64,000 nt of DNA, from the NCBI RefSeq assembly GCF_006345805.1, contig NC_043002.1, positions 107,942,001 to 108,006,000 of the forward strand. Reading direction: 5' to 3'. The position numbers were made by a program, and so were the translations under genes. The stretch is from Octopus sinensis (taxonomy: Eukaryota). The stretch's first letter is position 1, and each line of letters starts with the position of its first letter. Below are positions 23,717 through 36,921 of the stretch, piece by piece. The notes beneath the pieces were generated by a model. It was not told the origin of the DNA, made no database searches, and saw only the letters and a program-made list of their open reading frames with translations.

Positions 23717-23744
23717 CTATCCATTCTTGTTGCTTCTTTCTCGC

Positions 23745-23832
23745 GTATATACATATATACATATATATACATATATATATACATATATATATACATATAT
23801 ATATACATATATATAATATATATATATATACA

Positions 23833-23887
<55 letters not shown>

Positions 23888-23892
23888 ATATA
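23745..23892. repeat. TA/CATATA microsatellite, right flank of the PLE palindrome
   Basis: Directly visible. Confidence 0.95.
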
Positions 23893-24427
23893 CTCTGGAC
23901 CAGATGTAATCAACTGTCCCCTATCCACAAATTTCAAGCTTTGTGCCTAAAGCAGAAATCGTTAATTATTGGCAACTGGCAGAATCGTTAGCACGCTGGG
24001 CAAAATGCTTGGCATCATTTTATACATCTTTATGTTTTGAGTTCAAATCCCAATGAAGTCGACTTTGCTTTTCATCCTTTTGGGGTCAATGAAATAAGTA
24101 CCAGTTGAGTACTGGGGATGATGCAATTGACTTACTACTTCCTGCAAAATGTCAGGCCTTGTGCCTATAGTAGAAAGGATTATTATTATTATTATTAAAG
24201 CAACAAGCTGGCAGAATCATTTGCATGCCGGGTGAAATGCTTAGCAGTATTTTGTCTGCTGCTACATTCTGAGTTCAACTTTGCCTTTCATCCTGTCGAT
24301 TAAATAATTACTAGTTATGTACTGAGATCAATGTAATTGACTTAATCCCTTCCCCATAAATATGAGGCCTTCCAGCTTACCAGCCCTGGTCAAACCATCC
24401 AACCCATTCCAGCATGGACAACGGACA

Positions 24428-25096
24428 TTCACCCTTTTGTTACCAACCCAGCTGAAACCACCTCTGGTTCTGTAATACAAATGTCTTGTTTTCCTAAGTT
24501 TTGTATTAAAATCTTCCACCAAACCTTAGTCACAATTTATGTTCCTAACACCAGCTGAATGATATTTTTACTAAATTCTTTGTTATATTTTAAATTAATT
24601 GAAAAAAACACAGAGCATCTCAACAGAAATATGGTAACAAAAGGGTTAAAATATATAACAGAGAAACAATTCTTAACTCTTTTGATACCAACTCAGCTGA
24701 AACCGCTTCTGGCTCTGTGGTAGAAATGTCTTGTTTTCAAAAGTTCTGAATTAAAATCTTCCACACTAGCTTAATGATAACTAAGTTATTTTACTAAATT
24801 CTTTGTTATATTTAAAATTAATTGAAAGAAACACAGAGCATCTCAACAGAAATATGGTAACAGAAAGGGTTAAAATATATAATAGAGAAACAATTCTTAA
24901 CCCTTTCATTACCAACCCGGCTGAAACCGCTTCTGGCTCTGTAGTAGAAATGTCTTGTTTTCAAAAGTTCTGAGTTAAAATCTTCCACACTAGCTTAATG
25001 ATAACTAAGTTATTTTACTAAATTCTTTGTTATATTTAAAATTAATTGAAAGAAACACAGAGCAACTCAAAATAAAAACAGTAATGAAATGGTTAA
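24428..25096. mobile_element. Three tandem piggyBac-type (TTAA) MITEs separated by a repeated 23-bp spacer
   Basis: TTAA-CCCTTTTGTTACC...GGTAACAAAAGGG-TTAA units at about 24432-24645, 24677-24869 and 24901-25092; spacer aatatataa(c/t)agagaaacaattc. Confidence 0.8.
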
Positions 25097-25124
25097 ATGA
25101 TAACGATGATGAATATTAACTTAC

Positions 25125-25258
25125 TTTTCAGCCATGACATCTGTAGCAAGAGTGAGGAAGGCCATTCCTAGGGGTCGTTGATAGGCACAAACTTTTTCAG
25201 TCTCCACTTTATTGCTTAGTCTCATTTCATCTTCTGTGTAGTACTCAATAGCATCAAC
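25125..25258 (-). CDS. TMEM63: TMEM63 exon (VDAIEYYTEDEMRLSNKVETEKVCAYQRPLGMAFLTLATDVMAEK)
   Basis: gtctcag acceptor and GTAAGT donor; 134 nt; DAI.YY and PLGMAF motifs; within supplied ORF 25121..25315. Confidence 0.97.
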
Positions 25259-25704
25259 CTGAGACAAACAGAGATTTGGACGTTGAAGATTATAGTTAAA
25301 TACAAAGAAGGACATCAGACATGATGGTTATTTTAATCACACATAAATACATATATACACAATCATCATTTAGCATCCGTATTCCATGCTGGCATGGAAT
25401 CTGACAAATCAAAAGGTTGTGTTGAGTGCCAGTGCCTGTATTGGTAGGGTTTCTACAGCTGGATGCCCTCCCTAATGCCAACCACTTTACAGAGTGTACT
25501 GGGTGCTTCCTTTGTGGAACTGGCACTAGTGAAGTCACCAAGTAACTTGCAAGACAAGATTCTTTGACTGAGAGGGTGTCTAGTATTGTGGCAGGTGGCA
25601 CAATACTAGACAAAAATTGGTTTGTTTTGGTGAGCAAAGTTTTAAATTAAAAAAATAAATATCATAACAAATAAATAAAGAAAAGAAAATTAGCATCTCC
25701 TCAC

Positions 25705-25831
25705 ATTTTGACATCCACATCTATTACAGCAACAACAAAACTGACCACAGTGGTATGGACGAAGAGTAGGTCTTTGACCAGTTTTATGGTATTCATTTTC
25801 TGAATTCACTTTAGCTTCCAGAGCTCTTCGC
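25705..25831 (-). CDS. TMEM63: TMEM63 exon (RRALEAKVNSENEYHKTGQRPTLRPYHCGQFCCCCNRCGCQN)
   Basis: gttgcag acceptor and GTGAGG donor; 127 nt; Cys-rich CG..CCC motif of the TMEM63 intracellular linker. Confidence 0.94.
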
Positions 25832-28063
25832 CTGCAACAAACCAAAGTCAAATATTAAGTTTTTGGGGTTTTTTTCACAAACAGATGAAACTTGCAGTAA
25901 AAATAACTGCAAAACAAAAAAATAGAAATTTAAATGGTGATAAAACATATTTTACACATTTTATCACTGAGATGTTTGTTATTAAATTTTAAAAAATAAG
26001 AATGTATTTCTTTACTGCTCACAGGGGGCTAAACATAGAGGGGACAAACAAGGACAGACAAAGGGATTCAGTCGATTACATCGACCCCAGTTGGAAAGTG
26101 GTACTTTATTTATCGACCCCGAAAGGATGAAAGGCAAAGTCGACCTCGGCGGAATTTGAACTCAGAACGTATGCTGCTAACAAAATGAGAGAGGCAGGAG
26201 TGGGTGGGAGAGAAGCTCATGTATAAAATGTTAATTCATCTCAGAAGAAGCAGTGGATGGCAGAACCAGTGAAATGATTGACAAAATAAATATTTGGTGG
26301 TATTTAGTTCTGTTCCTTCCAGTTCTTGTCAAGGTCAATTTTGTTTTTATCCCTCCCCCATGTTACCCACCCTATAATCAATCAAATAAACCAAACCAAT
26401 AAAAGAGCCTGTATATGTTTACATGACTGGGGGCTCATGGCCTAGTGGTTAGAGCAGCGGACTCGCAGTTGAGGGATCGCGGGTTCGAATCTCAGACTAG
26501 GCGATGTGTGTGTGTTTATGAGCAAAACACCTAAGCTCCTTGCAGCTCTGGCAGAAGGTAATAGCGAACTTCTGCTGACTCTTTTGCCACAACTTTTTCT
26601 CACTCTTTCCTCCTGCATCTAGCAGCTCACCATCTTCATTCACTATGCCTAGCTCTCACCCCTTACCTAGCTCTCACTCCCCAATCCTGTCCTCACACCC
26701 CTGTTCCTCTGCAGCATTGCTACCCAGTAGCCCCTCCATCTCTATATATATATACCCAGGTCTTTTGCCACTTACTTGCACACCCTTCACAAAATCCTGT
26801 CACTTAAATTATGGCATTTGAACCCCAAGGGTCTGCCCTGGCACTTGCTACTATTTATCTCTCTCTCTACTTTTACTGAACCATTTCATTTATACTCTGA
26901 TCCCCATTCCTTGTGAGTATACCCAGTATTTTGTCACCATCTTCATCTTGCGGTCTCCCACTCTTTCTCTCCTCCTTCTGCACTTCCCTCAGGTTGAGCA
27001 ACCATGTATTTTCTTTGCGGTAGCACACCAGTTTCTGTCTTCATTCCTGATCTTTCCCTCTCTAGCCAGGTAACCTTGTACTTCCTCTACCACAAGACAC
27101 CTGTATCCAACTCACTATAATCTTTTCATCATCACCTCCTCCAATGCCTCCTCCCCTCTTAAAAGTTTTTGTCATGTAAGTACTTGGTAACCCTGTCAGT
27201 GCAGGTGCCACTTAAAAAGCATCCAATCCACACTGTAAAGTGGTTTGGCGTTTGGAAGGGTATCCAGCTGTAAAAACCTTGCCAAACTGACCTTGCCTGT
27301 GCTTGTGCCACATAAAAAGCACTAAGTCCACTCTGCTGAGTGGTTGGTGTTAGGAATAATCCTGCCAAAACAGTCATAAAAGTCTGGTGCAGGCTTCAGC
27401 CTGGCTGGCTCTTGTGGCACTGTCCCACCCATGCTAGCATGGAACATGGACATTAAATGATGATGATGAACATCATTAAAATCTCAAAGCTACAAGATGA
27501 TGCCTGATAAATTCAAAACAATGTGAATAGATAAAGATTACATTTGCAGAGAGATAATCTGAATACTAAGGAGTTAAGGGCCCCACTCCTTGATTACCTT
27601 TTGGGGTTTGGCTCCCTTAACCTTTTCCAACGCACTCACAAAGATTTGTATTTGGAGTTTACAATCAAGTAAATTAATCCTCTGATAATTAACAGTAAGT
27701 TGTCAAGTTAACAAGGTGGCTTCTACATGGTCACCTGATCTGATAGAAATAACAGTTACACTATAGAGTATTTGAAAAGAAGGACATGTTGGACAATATG
27801 GTCCTCAATGTACTGTGTTGGGGGAAACGACAGGATGGTCATGACTGGAATACATTTGGACTAAACAGCAAAAACAACAACCAGGACTTATATAACTGAT
27901 GCTATGTCTTAGAAAAAAAAAGCTGTCAGATTAAAACAAGAATTGATTTGGTTGATCAGAGGACTGTTGAATCAGGGATACTCAGGGTTAGACAACAACA
28001 GCAATAAAAAACAACACAACAAACATAAATACTGAATTTAGAGTATATAAGTAATCAACTTAC

Positions 28064-28144
28064 CGATTTGAGTCCAATTTAACAAGTTTTGTGATGTCAT
28101 AGGCAAATTGAATGTCCAGAATAGAAATGTCTTCATAGGACTCT
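28064..28144 (-). CDS. TMEM63: TMEM63 exon (ESYEDISILDIQFAYDITKLVKLDSNR)
   Basis: ttattaaag acceptor and GTAAGT donor; 81 nt, phase 2 to 2; resembles EAYP...VQLCYNVAKL. Confidence 0.92.
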
Positions 28145-29789
28145 CTTTAATAAAAGATAAAATTTAAATAATTATAATAATGAAGAAAAAAGGCACTGGC
28201 AATGCAGATAAATTACAAAAATCTGTTTGTTTTTTTTTTTAATCCAAAAATATGATTGAAGTTAAAAGAAATATAGTCAAAGAAGTGAATTTACAATTTT
28301 TCATTTCCACCAGGCACGTGGAAGCAGCTACTTGTATTTCAATTGGTTTTTGCGAAAACATTAAAACATGAGTTGGTCAAGAAATTTGAATGTTATTTCA
28401 AGGGGTTTGGAATTAAAATTAAGAAAAAAATAACGTAAAATGAAGATTCTTCTCCAATTTTTCACTGAAGAAGTGTGTGTTCAAAAAAAAAAACTTTCTA
28501 TGTTCAATAGTTTTACAGTGAAATACTAAAATACAAGTTGACAAAGAAAATCAAAGGTCGTTTTGGAAAGTTCAACATACAAATTATATATATGAGTAAA
28601 ATTTGCAAATGACTAAATAAATGATTGTTCAAATAATAATCATGATTATGAAGAAGAAAGTGAACAAAATTAAATACTTATAGAAAATATTGCATAGAAT
28701 TTGAGAAGTGTTTTGCACTATCTTTCATAGTTCATTGTAGGATATAAATAATATGATCACTGGCTTATTGGGAAATTTGTAAGTTCGATTAAAAATTTTC
28801 TTTTTTTTAAATATCACCATTATAGGTATATTTATACTCCGGTGAAATTCAGATATCAACTTGTAAATAAACGAAACCCTTGAATCCATCACTGTACACA
28901 CAGTCACACACGCATATGCATATCTGTGTATGTATTTATGTATGTTTGAAGATAATCAAACCAAATTTTCATCATTTCGAGCCACTCACTCAATGAGTAT
29001 TTCTGCCAAATTTGGTGAAAATCCGCTCGACCATTTTCCAATAATTTTGCAAACACACAGACAAAGATGAGTGATTACAATACTCTGCTTTTGCATATGC
29101 ACACAGGGTAGTAGTAATAATAATAATAATAATCTTTATTAATTATTAAGGTGCAGGCATGGCTGTGTGACAAGAAGCTTGCTTCCTAACCACGTGACAC
29201 TGGGTTCAAGCCCACTGCATGATAACTTAGGCAAGTGTCTTCTGCTATCGTCTCAGGCACATTAAGCTTTGTGAATAGATTTGGTAGAGAGAAACTGAAA
29301 GATGCTCATCACATGTATTTCTGTGTGTGTATCTTAGTTTGTCCCCAACCACTGCTTGACAACCAATGCTGGTGTGTTTACATCCCTGTAACTTAGCAGT
29401 TTGGCAAAAGGGACTGATAGAATAAGTACCGGGCTTTAAAAAAGTACTAGGGTCGATTCGCTTGACTAAAATCGCTTCAAGGCAGTGCTCCAGTATGGCC
29501 ATGGTACAAGATGATACAATGTGGAATTACATGAAGGGGTACTTCAAAAAAAGATTACCAATGACCATGTTTCAACAGTGAATGATTACCGAAAAGAGAG
29601 ACTTCTGAGGGCTGCTTGTGGAAATCTCACAAAACCATGGGTCACCTTGGACACTAAAACAAGTGCCTTCTCCCTGTTGTACTCCTTCTCTTTAAAGGCA
29701 CATACTCAGAATAAGCCAGGTCATTCAAACCATGCTCTCCACTCCCACCCACTTTTCAACAAATTTACTGGGAGCCAATACTTCTCTCT

Positions 29790-30260
29790 CTCTCTTTACT
29801 TTCACTTTCCAACTTGGAAAAGTTGATGAGAGCAAGGCCAAAGAGAAAAGTCCCTGTCTTCAGCCCTTTCAATCTGGTCCACCACACAACCAATTACACT
29901 AAAACTTTGCTTGCCCCTCTTGACCAAAGGAGGTTGACAGCATGATCTTCACAATGGACTCAGCTGATAACCAGAAATCTCCTACACGTCACCGCAAGTG
30001 TACAACACAACTCCACAAGTTAGCAAGTGTATATAGTATGGTTTCATCACTTTGTGCACATTTGAGGCAGTCCTACCTGACAGCACTTCCATGCCAGCAG
30101 AATTTTCTTAAACTGACAGTGCCTCTTGGCTGCACAGCCAGGCTCAGGATTTATGAAAGTCATCACTTGTAACCCCCAGCTCAAAAGTTCTCTGAAACAG
30201 ACCAGTTTGGTCATGCTCATTGATGCATAAAGTTTCCTTTAGAATGTTGACTAGATCTTT
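29790..30260 (-). mobile_element. Degraded L1/Tx1-like LINE 3' fragment
   Basis: Broken minus-strand frames include DCLKCAQSDETI (zf-RVT-like) and WWTRLKGLKTGTFLFG; several stops. Confidence 0.4.
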
Positions 30261-31200
30261 ATATATCACACATGTAGAATTTCCATCATGTGCAATGCCT
30301 GACTGGTTGAGGGGAGTGAATGCCTGATGGCATTCCATGAGATAATAGTAATAATAATACACTCACGGAATGGTTGGCATTATGAAGGGCATCCAGCTGT
30401 AGAAACTCTGCCAGATCTGACTGGCCTGGTGCAGCCTTCGGGCTTCCCAGACCCCAGTTGAATTGTCCAACCCATGCTAGCATGGAAAGCGGACGTTAAA
30501 CGATGATGATGATGATGATGAATAATAAGGGCACTCAGAGAGCGCAAACCACCACCGAGGTAACACCAACGTCCTTTCAATGATTAACCTGAGATGATTT
30601 TTAAAATGAGAATATCTGAAATAAACTCTACTGCTCTCATAAATGAGAATACTAAAAATGAACTCGACCGCTCTCAAAAATTAAGTAAAAAAACAGGAAA
30701 AATAATTCAGAATCTTTGTTCAGTACCAGATTGATCTAAAAATCTAATCAGTTCATGCTAGCTATGAGGCCAAACATCCCTGAAAGTTTCAATCAAATCC
30801 ATCAAGCGGTTCTTGAGATATCTTGTCCACGGACAAATAAGCAATCAAACACGACTAAAAAACAATACCTCGCCTTCACTAAGACGGAGGTAATAATGGT
30901 GATGATCTTGATGAAAACAATATTAATTTCTGACATAGGCACAAAGCCACACATCTGTGGAGACAGGGTATAGTCAATTACATCAATTCTAGTTACATGA
31001 GTAAGTACTTTACAACTACTACTACAACTACTACTACTACGAATAACAATGGTTTCAAATTTTGTCATAAGGGTAGCTTGAGGGAGGTGGGGATGAGTCA
31101 GTTACATTGACCCCCAGTCTTCAACTGGTACTTAATTTATCCACCCCAAAAGGATGAAAGGCAAAGTCGACCTCAGTGGAATTTGAACTCAAAATGTAAA

Positions 31201-31250
<50 letters not shown>

Positions 31251-31253
31251 CAC

Positions 31254-31327
31254 TGAAAATGTTGTAATACAATGCTTTTGAAACATTTATCTTTTGGGAT
31301 ATTTGATATCATCAAAGTCTTGGAAAC
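31254..31327 (-). CDS. TMEM63: TMEM63 exon (VSKTLMISNIPKDKCFKSIVLQHFQ)
   Basis: ctctctag acceptor and GTGAGT donor; 74 nt; TL.I..IP...HF motif of the cytosolic domain. Confidence 0.94.
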
Positions 31328-33821
31328 CTAGAGAGAAAATTAGAAAAAAATATAAATCAAACACAAAATTATGGACTGAATGGTTACAAAAGAAATGTTG
31401 GCGCCAATACACAGAGATGGTTTCGATTAGTCTTATGTACTGTTGATGTTTTCATGGCACTCTGTCAGTTACAATGACGAGGGTTCCAGTTGATCCAATC
31501 AATGGAAAAGCCTGCTCGTGAAATTAACATGCAAGCTGAACACTCCACAGGCACATGTACCCTTAATGTAGTTCTCGGGGAGATTCAGCATGAATGAGAG
31601 TGTGACAAGACTGGCTCCTTTGAAATACAGGTACAACAGAAACAGGAAGAAAGAGTAAGAGAAAGTTGTGGTGAAAGAGTACAGCAGGGTTTGCCACCAC
31701 CCCCTGCTGGAGCCTTGCGGAGCTTTAGGTGCTTTCTCTCAATAAACACTCACAACGCCTGGTCTGGGAATCGAAACCGCAATCCTATGACCGCGAGTCC
31801 ACTGTCCCAACCACTGGGCCATTGTGCCTCCACTTTTTTGATGTATTAAAAGGAGACTAAACTTTTACTTGAAACACTTTGACCCATTGATGGGTGCAGG
31901 GAAGAAGTTTTCAGACTGGTTATTATTTTTTTTTACTGTTGAAAGAACTCACTGAGAGTTGTTCAACACAAAGTAAAACCTGACCAAGCAGACCCATTAG
32001 TCAAAGGCGTTCCATCCACGACCATCCCAGCTTTTTACAGGTGTGTAGGACAAAATTATATCTCATATAATCCTTTTCTTATTCAAGGTGGCATGATTCA
32101 ATTGAACAACCGTTGTGTGCTATTTCTAGCAGACTGAGGATCTTTTGTAGGTTTAATGCTCCCAAGGGAGCAGAAATATGCTGTGATAGTTGTTTAGCCC
32201 CAGGTCAGCCATGATTCAGCAGATGTGTCATTAAAAGATGGTTAATTTTTGGCTAGTCTAAACAGATCATCTGTAATATGGTGTCCAACATGTCTTTTTT
32301 TAGGACTGCTTTGAGTAATTTTTGGCTTTGCCTTTGGAATATTTAGTTGCTATTTCTAAGACATTAAGCAGTCATGTGAAGGCTCCATTAACTCATTAAT
32401 GCAGACCATCTCCAAAACAAAAAATTATAGAAAGTACTCCAGTGTTGCCTGTCATATGACAAATAACACTCTACAGTGGAACATAAAAAGCATCATTTGA
32501 ATATGGTCGATGCCAGTGCTGCCTGACTGACTACCATGCCAGTGGCCTATAAATAGCACCAGTTGAGCGTAGTCAATGCCAGTGCTGCCTGACTGGCTCC
32601 CGTTCTGGTAGCATGTAAAAAGCACCATCCGAATGTAGCCGATGCCAGTGCCGCCTGACTGGCCCCTGTGCCAGTGGCACGTAAAAAGCACCCACTATAT
32701 TATCAGAGTGGTTGGCGTTACAAAGGGCATCCAGCTGTAGAAACCTGGCCAGATTAGATTGGAGCCTGGTGCAGCCTCCTGGTTTGCCAGATCTCAGTCA
32801 AACCATCCGACCCATGCCAGCATGGGAAGCGGACGTTAAACAATGAAGATGATGATGTGTATGTACACACACACACACACTGTAGAGTGTTGTCGCTCAT
32901 GTGATGGATAACTCTGGAAGTACATTTTTGCCACCATGAGTAATATCAGGAAATATGATGCATATACAATAATGTATTGTTTAAATTTCGTCAAATCTCT
33001 TAGTGCTTAAAAAAAGAAAAATATTACTTTAAAATAAAATCAAATAAAAGATTTCTCATTGGTTTAACTCCTCCCACAACCACTATTCATTTATTTACTC
33101 TCCTCTTCCTTTGTCTCTGATCCCTTCTCTCACTCTGTGAGAGTGTGTATGTGTGTTCTTTTACTCCTTAAGTGCACATGTCCTGCATGTCTTATGTTAA
33201 CTCTCTCACCTCCTCTCTCTACACAATGTAAAGCATGACTTGGAAAATCCAACCAACATTTCTATTGGCTTTTATTAAATAGAGATTTAATTAAACTTTA
33301 TACATTAACAGGTTAACAGGACATGTTATATGTGAAACAAAAGATGTCTGCACCAATTTGTTAACTTAATATTTTTTTCCTTTTTTGTCAAAAAATGCTG
33401 CTAGGTATAAAAGAGGTAATTAGTTTCTTTGTTAATGTTATTTCTAGAATATATAATTGTTAGAATATGTAACAATTTGCGTAATATGATGCACACAAGT
33501 CCACCCAGATTACTTCCAAGACATTTTGAGCTTTCGTTTTTAGTGAAAATATTAGAAATTGTTCTTTTTGTTTTCCATTAAATTAACTTCTAATAAAGAC
33601 ATAAGGTTACAAAATATGGTTTTCCACAATACAGATACACAAATACACAATCCGCATTACAGATAAACAGTCAATTTCTAGTGACCCCTAATATTTGATT
33701 ACGGGATGAAAGAAGGATTTCAACTCAGATACTAAAAAACATAGGACAAAACATTTTCACTGCTATTACATACTCATTATGGTTGGCCTTTTCTGTCATT
33801 GGTTGAAAGTATTGCCGAGAC

Positions 33822-33884
<63 letters not shown>

Positions 33885-34434
33885 GTATGGCATCCGTTGC
33901 TAGTGGAGCACTAAGAGTACCATATAAGTGAGATCGTAGCCAGAGCAACAAGCTGGCCTTTGTGCCGATGGCGCGTTAAACACACCATTCGAGCGTGATC
34001 ATTACCTGCATCACCTTACTAGCACTTGTGCTGGTGGCACATGAAAAAAAACATTCGAGCGAGGTCGTTTGCCAGTACTGCTGGATTGGCTCCTGTGCAG
34101 GTGGCACATAAAAAGTACCATTTGAACGTGGTCATTGCCAGTACCATCTAACTGGCCCTTGTGCCGGTGGCGCGTAAAAGCACCCACTACACTCTCGGAG
34201 TGGTTGGTGTTAGGAAGGGCATCAAGCTGTAGAAACTCTACCAGATCAGATTGGAGTCTGGTTCGCCAGACCTCAGTCAAATCATTCAACCCATGCTAGC
34301 ATGGAAAGCGGACGTTAAACGATGATGATGATATATATATATATATATATATATAATATCTACACATATTGTGGAAAATAAACTATAATTTTAAATCTGT
34401 TGTTTTATATGATGTATTTCAGCTTAATTGTTAC

Positions 34435-34543
34435 CTGATCGTCTTCTTCAAATTGAAGACTGTGAGAGAAATGTTGCATGAAGAATACTGCAATCATTAG
34501 GTAGATTATGGCAAGAAGAACATGGATCCAAAGCAATTGGGAA
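34435..34543 (-). CDS. TMEM63: TMEM63 exon (SQLLWIHVLLAIIYLMIAVFFMQHFSHSLQFEEDDQ)
   Basis: ttttcag acceptor and GTAACA donor; 109 nt; LLW.H transmembrane motif; phases 2 to 0 fit both neighbours. Confidence 0.95.
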
Positions 34544-35044
34544 CTGAAAAACAAACAAAAAATACAGAGAAATAATAGATTGATAGTGAATCATCTTAAA
34601 TCCTAATGCTATAAATAGAATCAATCAATCAATTAATCCAATGACAAACATATCCAACAATGGCAGTGGGGGGGGGGGTCAGTCCCATTGATTTTTTTTT
34701 CACATTTTATTGTTCAGTGAGAAGTGGATGAGCAGTGTCCATGATCCCTATGTAGGGTCCCCGAAACAGATGGGAGTAAGTTATGTACAGATGCAGGCAG
34801 TTTGCTTCCTGGCTGTTGAGTCTATAGTACAAGGGTTCAGTTCATTGTGAGGCACCTTGGGCAAGTTTCTTCTACTATGGTCTCAGGCCAATCAATGCCT
34901 TGTGGGTGGACTTGGTAGATGGAAACTGAAAGAAGCCCGTAGTGTATGTATGTGTATATTATATATATACATATACATATATATATATATATAATCATCC
35001 AACCAATGCTAGCATGGAAAGTGGATGTTAAATGATGATGATGA

Positions 35045-35118
<74 letters not shown>

Positions 35119-36423
35119 TATATATATTATATATATATATATGCCATTGTTCAGTTTTATTTCAAGATTTCTTGCCAATAGCCCATGGCACACCTCACAC
35201 AGCAGACTTAGAACAAAAAGATGTTCCACTCATATGATCATCTTGTCTTTTTTTAGACAGTGTATCTAGGACTATACGATTCAGAGTGACCTTTTTTTTT
35301 GAAGGTAGTAGAGGGTGATTTGAGGGAGCTCCAGTTGATATTTCTACCAGGTTGAGTGACTACATAGAAGGCCCCAGGGCATGGCTGTGTGGTTAAGAAA
35401 TTTGCATCCCAACCATGTGGTCTTGGGTTCAGTCTTATCGCAGGGAACCTTTGGTAAATGTCTTGTACTATAGACTTGAACAGACAAAAGCCTTGTGTAC
35501 AGATCTGGAAGGTATAAACTGAAAGAAGCCGCACATGCGTGTTCTTGTTTTGACATCGTGTGATATAAATAAGCAACACTGTCATATACGGAGTGTTGTT
35601 TATTTGCAATATTCTGTGACAACATGTCTAGCCAAAAGGAAATATTATCTTGCTTGGAAACAAATAAGGATTGGCAACAGGAACTGATGGATGGCAAGCA
35701 GGAAAAGTTAGTGTTCAAAAGATGATGTATGGAGCATTAAAAAAAGCTAACTAGATATAATAATGTTGAGATAAAATAACAGTATTAATCAATAACTGAT
35801 ATTTTAATTATTTCAGCAACGTGTTTCAGTAATTATCTTGACGCCATAAGCAAAATAAACTTGCCAAAATAGTGTTGGGATATTCAGTAAGTGAACATGC
35901 AAGACTGTACACTGGTGGGACAGACAAGGATAGACAAAAAGAACTGCTTAGGTTTCAAACTGAAAGAAATAACTTCCAGTTGCCATCTTGGAAGATACCA
36001 ATGTATATTTAATGCTATACAGTCAGCTGATTTCAAACTGACCAGACAAAAAGCTCCGAGTTCAACGAAATATTTTAGATGTATTGGTACAGTCAATTGG
36101 AAGGAAAAACAACATAACTATTATAAATCTTTCTGATATGAAGCCATTTAAAACAGCCCTTAGTTCCAGAAGGCTAAATTAAAACCTTCAATCTTAAGTT
36201 TCATTACCTTTTAAAATAAAGTTTTAAACATCGGTTATTAATGGTTGTTTAATAAAGCCTTCCAAATTATTTTTCAGAATAAATGGAAAGCAGCCAGTGT
36301 ATTTCATGAGAAAAAGTTTCACAAAAGAATTAAGAAAATGTATATTAATTTATGAATATTTACTAATATGAAAGAATATTTATAAATATTCAAGTAAATA
36401 TAATGCTGGCAAATATTCCTTAC

Positions 36424-36475
36424 CTGGAATCAACGTTAGCAATTGTTGTGTGGCCAAAATCGGTGGAATTACCAA
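36424..36475 (-). CDS. TMEM63: TMEM63 exon (VGNSTDFGHTTIANVDS)
   Basis: ttttcag acceptor and GTAAGG donor; 52 nt; FG.TTIAN motif. Confidence 0.95.
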
Positions 36476-36781
36476 CTGAAAATTATAAAAACAAAATAAA
36501 TACAAAGCAAATCTTAATACATATCTTAAAAGCCAAGAAGGTAAGTTGATTATATCAGCCCTAGTATTTTACTGGTACTTTATTTTATCAATCCCAGAAG
36601 AATAAAAGCAAAGTTGACTTTGGCATGGTTTGAAATCACACTGCAAACAACCATATCTACATACTACATGGAACTTTGTGTAACACTAACACAATTTGGT
36701 TAGTACAGGTTGTAGACTAGTCTTCTCAAAATTGTAGTGACTCATTTCTAAAATAAATTGTACGGTTCAGTTCATACTTAC

Positions 36782-36921
36782 CAAGATTGCCCTGAAAGTT
36801 AACAGGTAACACAACAGCAGTTGAGAGGGTACATATCACACAGAGGTAGACCAAAAGGTACCGCTGGAATGACAGGTACTGTACTGCATCACGGCCACAT
36901 TTGCGAAGAATATCTGCATCT
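36782..36921 (-). CDS. TMEM63: TMEM63 exon (DADILRKCGRDAVQYLSFQRYLLVYLCVICTLSTAVVLPVNFQGNL)
   Basis: tttgcag acceptor and GTAAGT donor; 140 nt; CG.DA..YLSFQR and LPVNF.G motifs of the OSCA/TMEM63 N-terminal domain. Confidence 0.96.

Larger units (their letters stand above)
18898..23744. mobile_element. Penelope-like element (PLE) relic as a spacer-less inverted duplication; two 5'-truncated copies head-to-head, arms about 2.42 kb
   Basis: gcgagaaagaagcaacaagaatgg at 18898 is the reverse complement of ccattcttgttgcttctttctcgc ending at 23744; correspondence holds at every segment compared, up to the centre AAA|TTT at 21326/21327; each arm has a GIY-YIG ORF and a hammerhead motif. Confidence 0.9.

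Noticed and set aside
24428-25096. Repeat-spacer array resembling CRISPR
   Set aside because: The spacers are near-identical to each other and the long units are TIR/TTAA MITEs.
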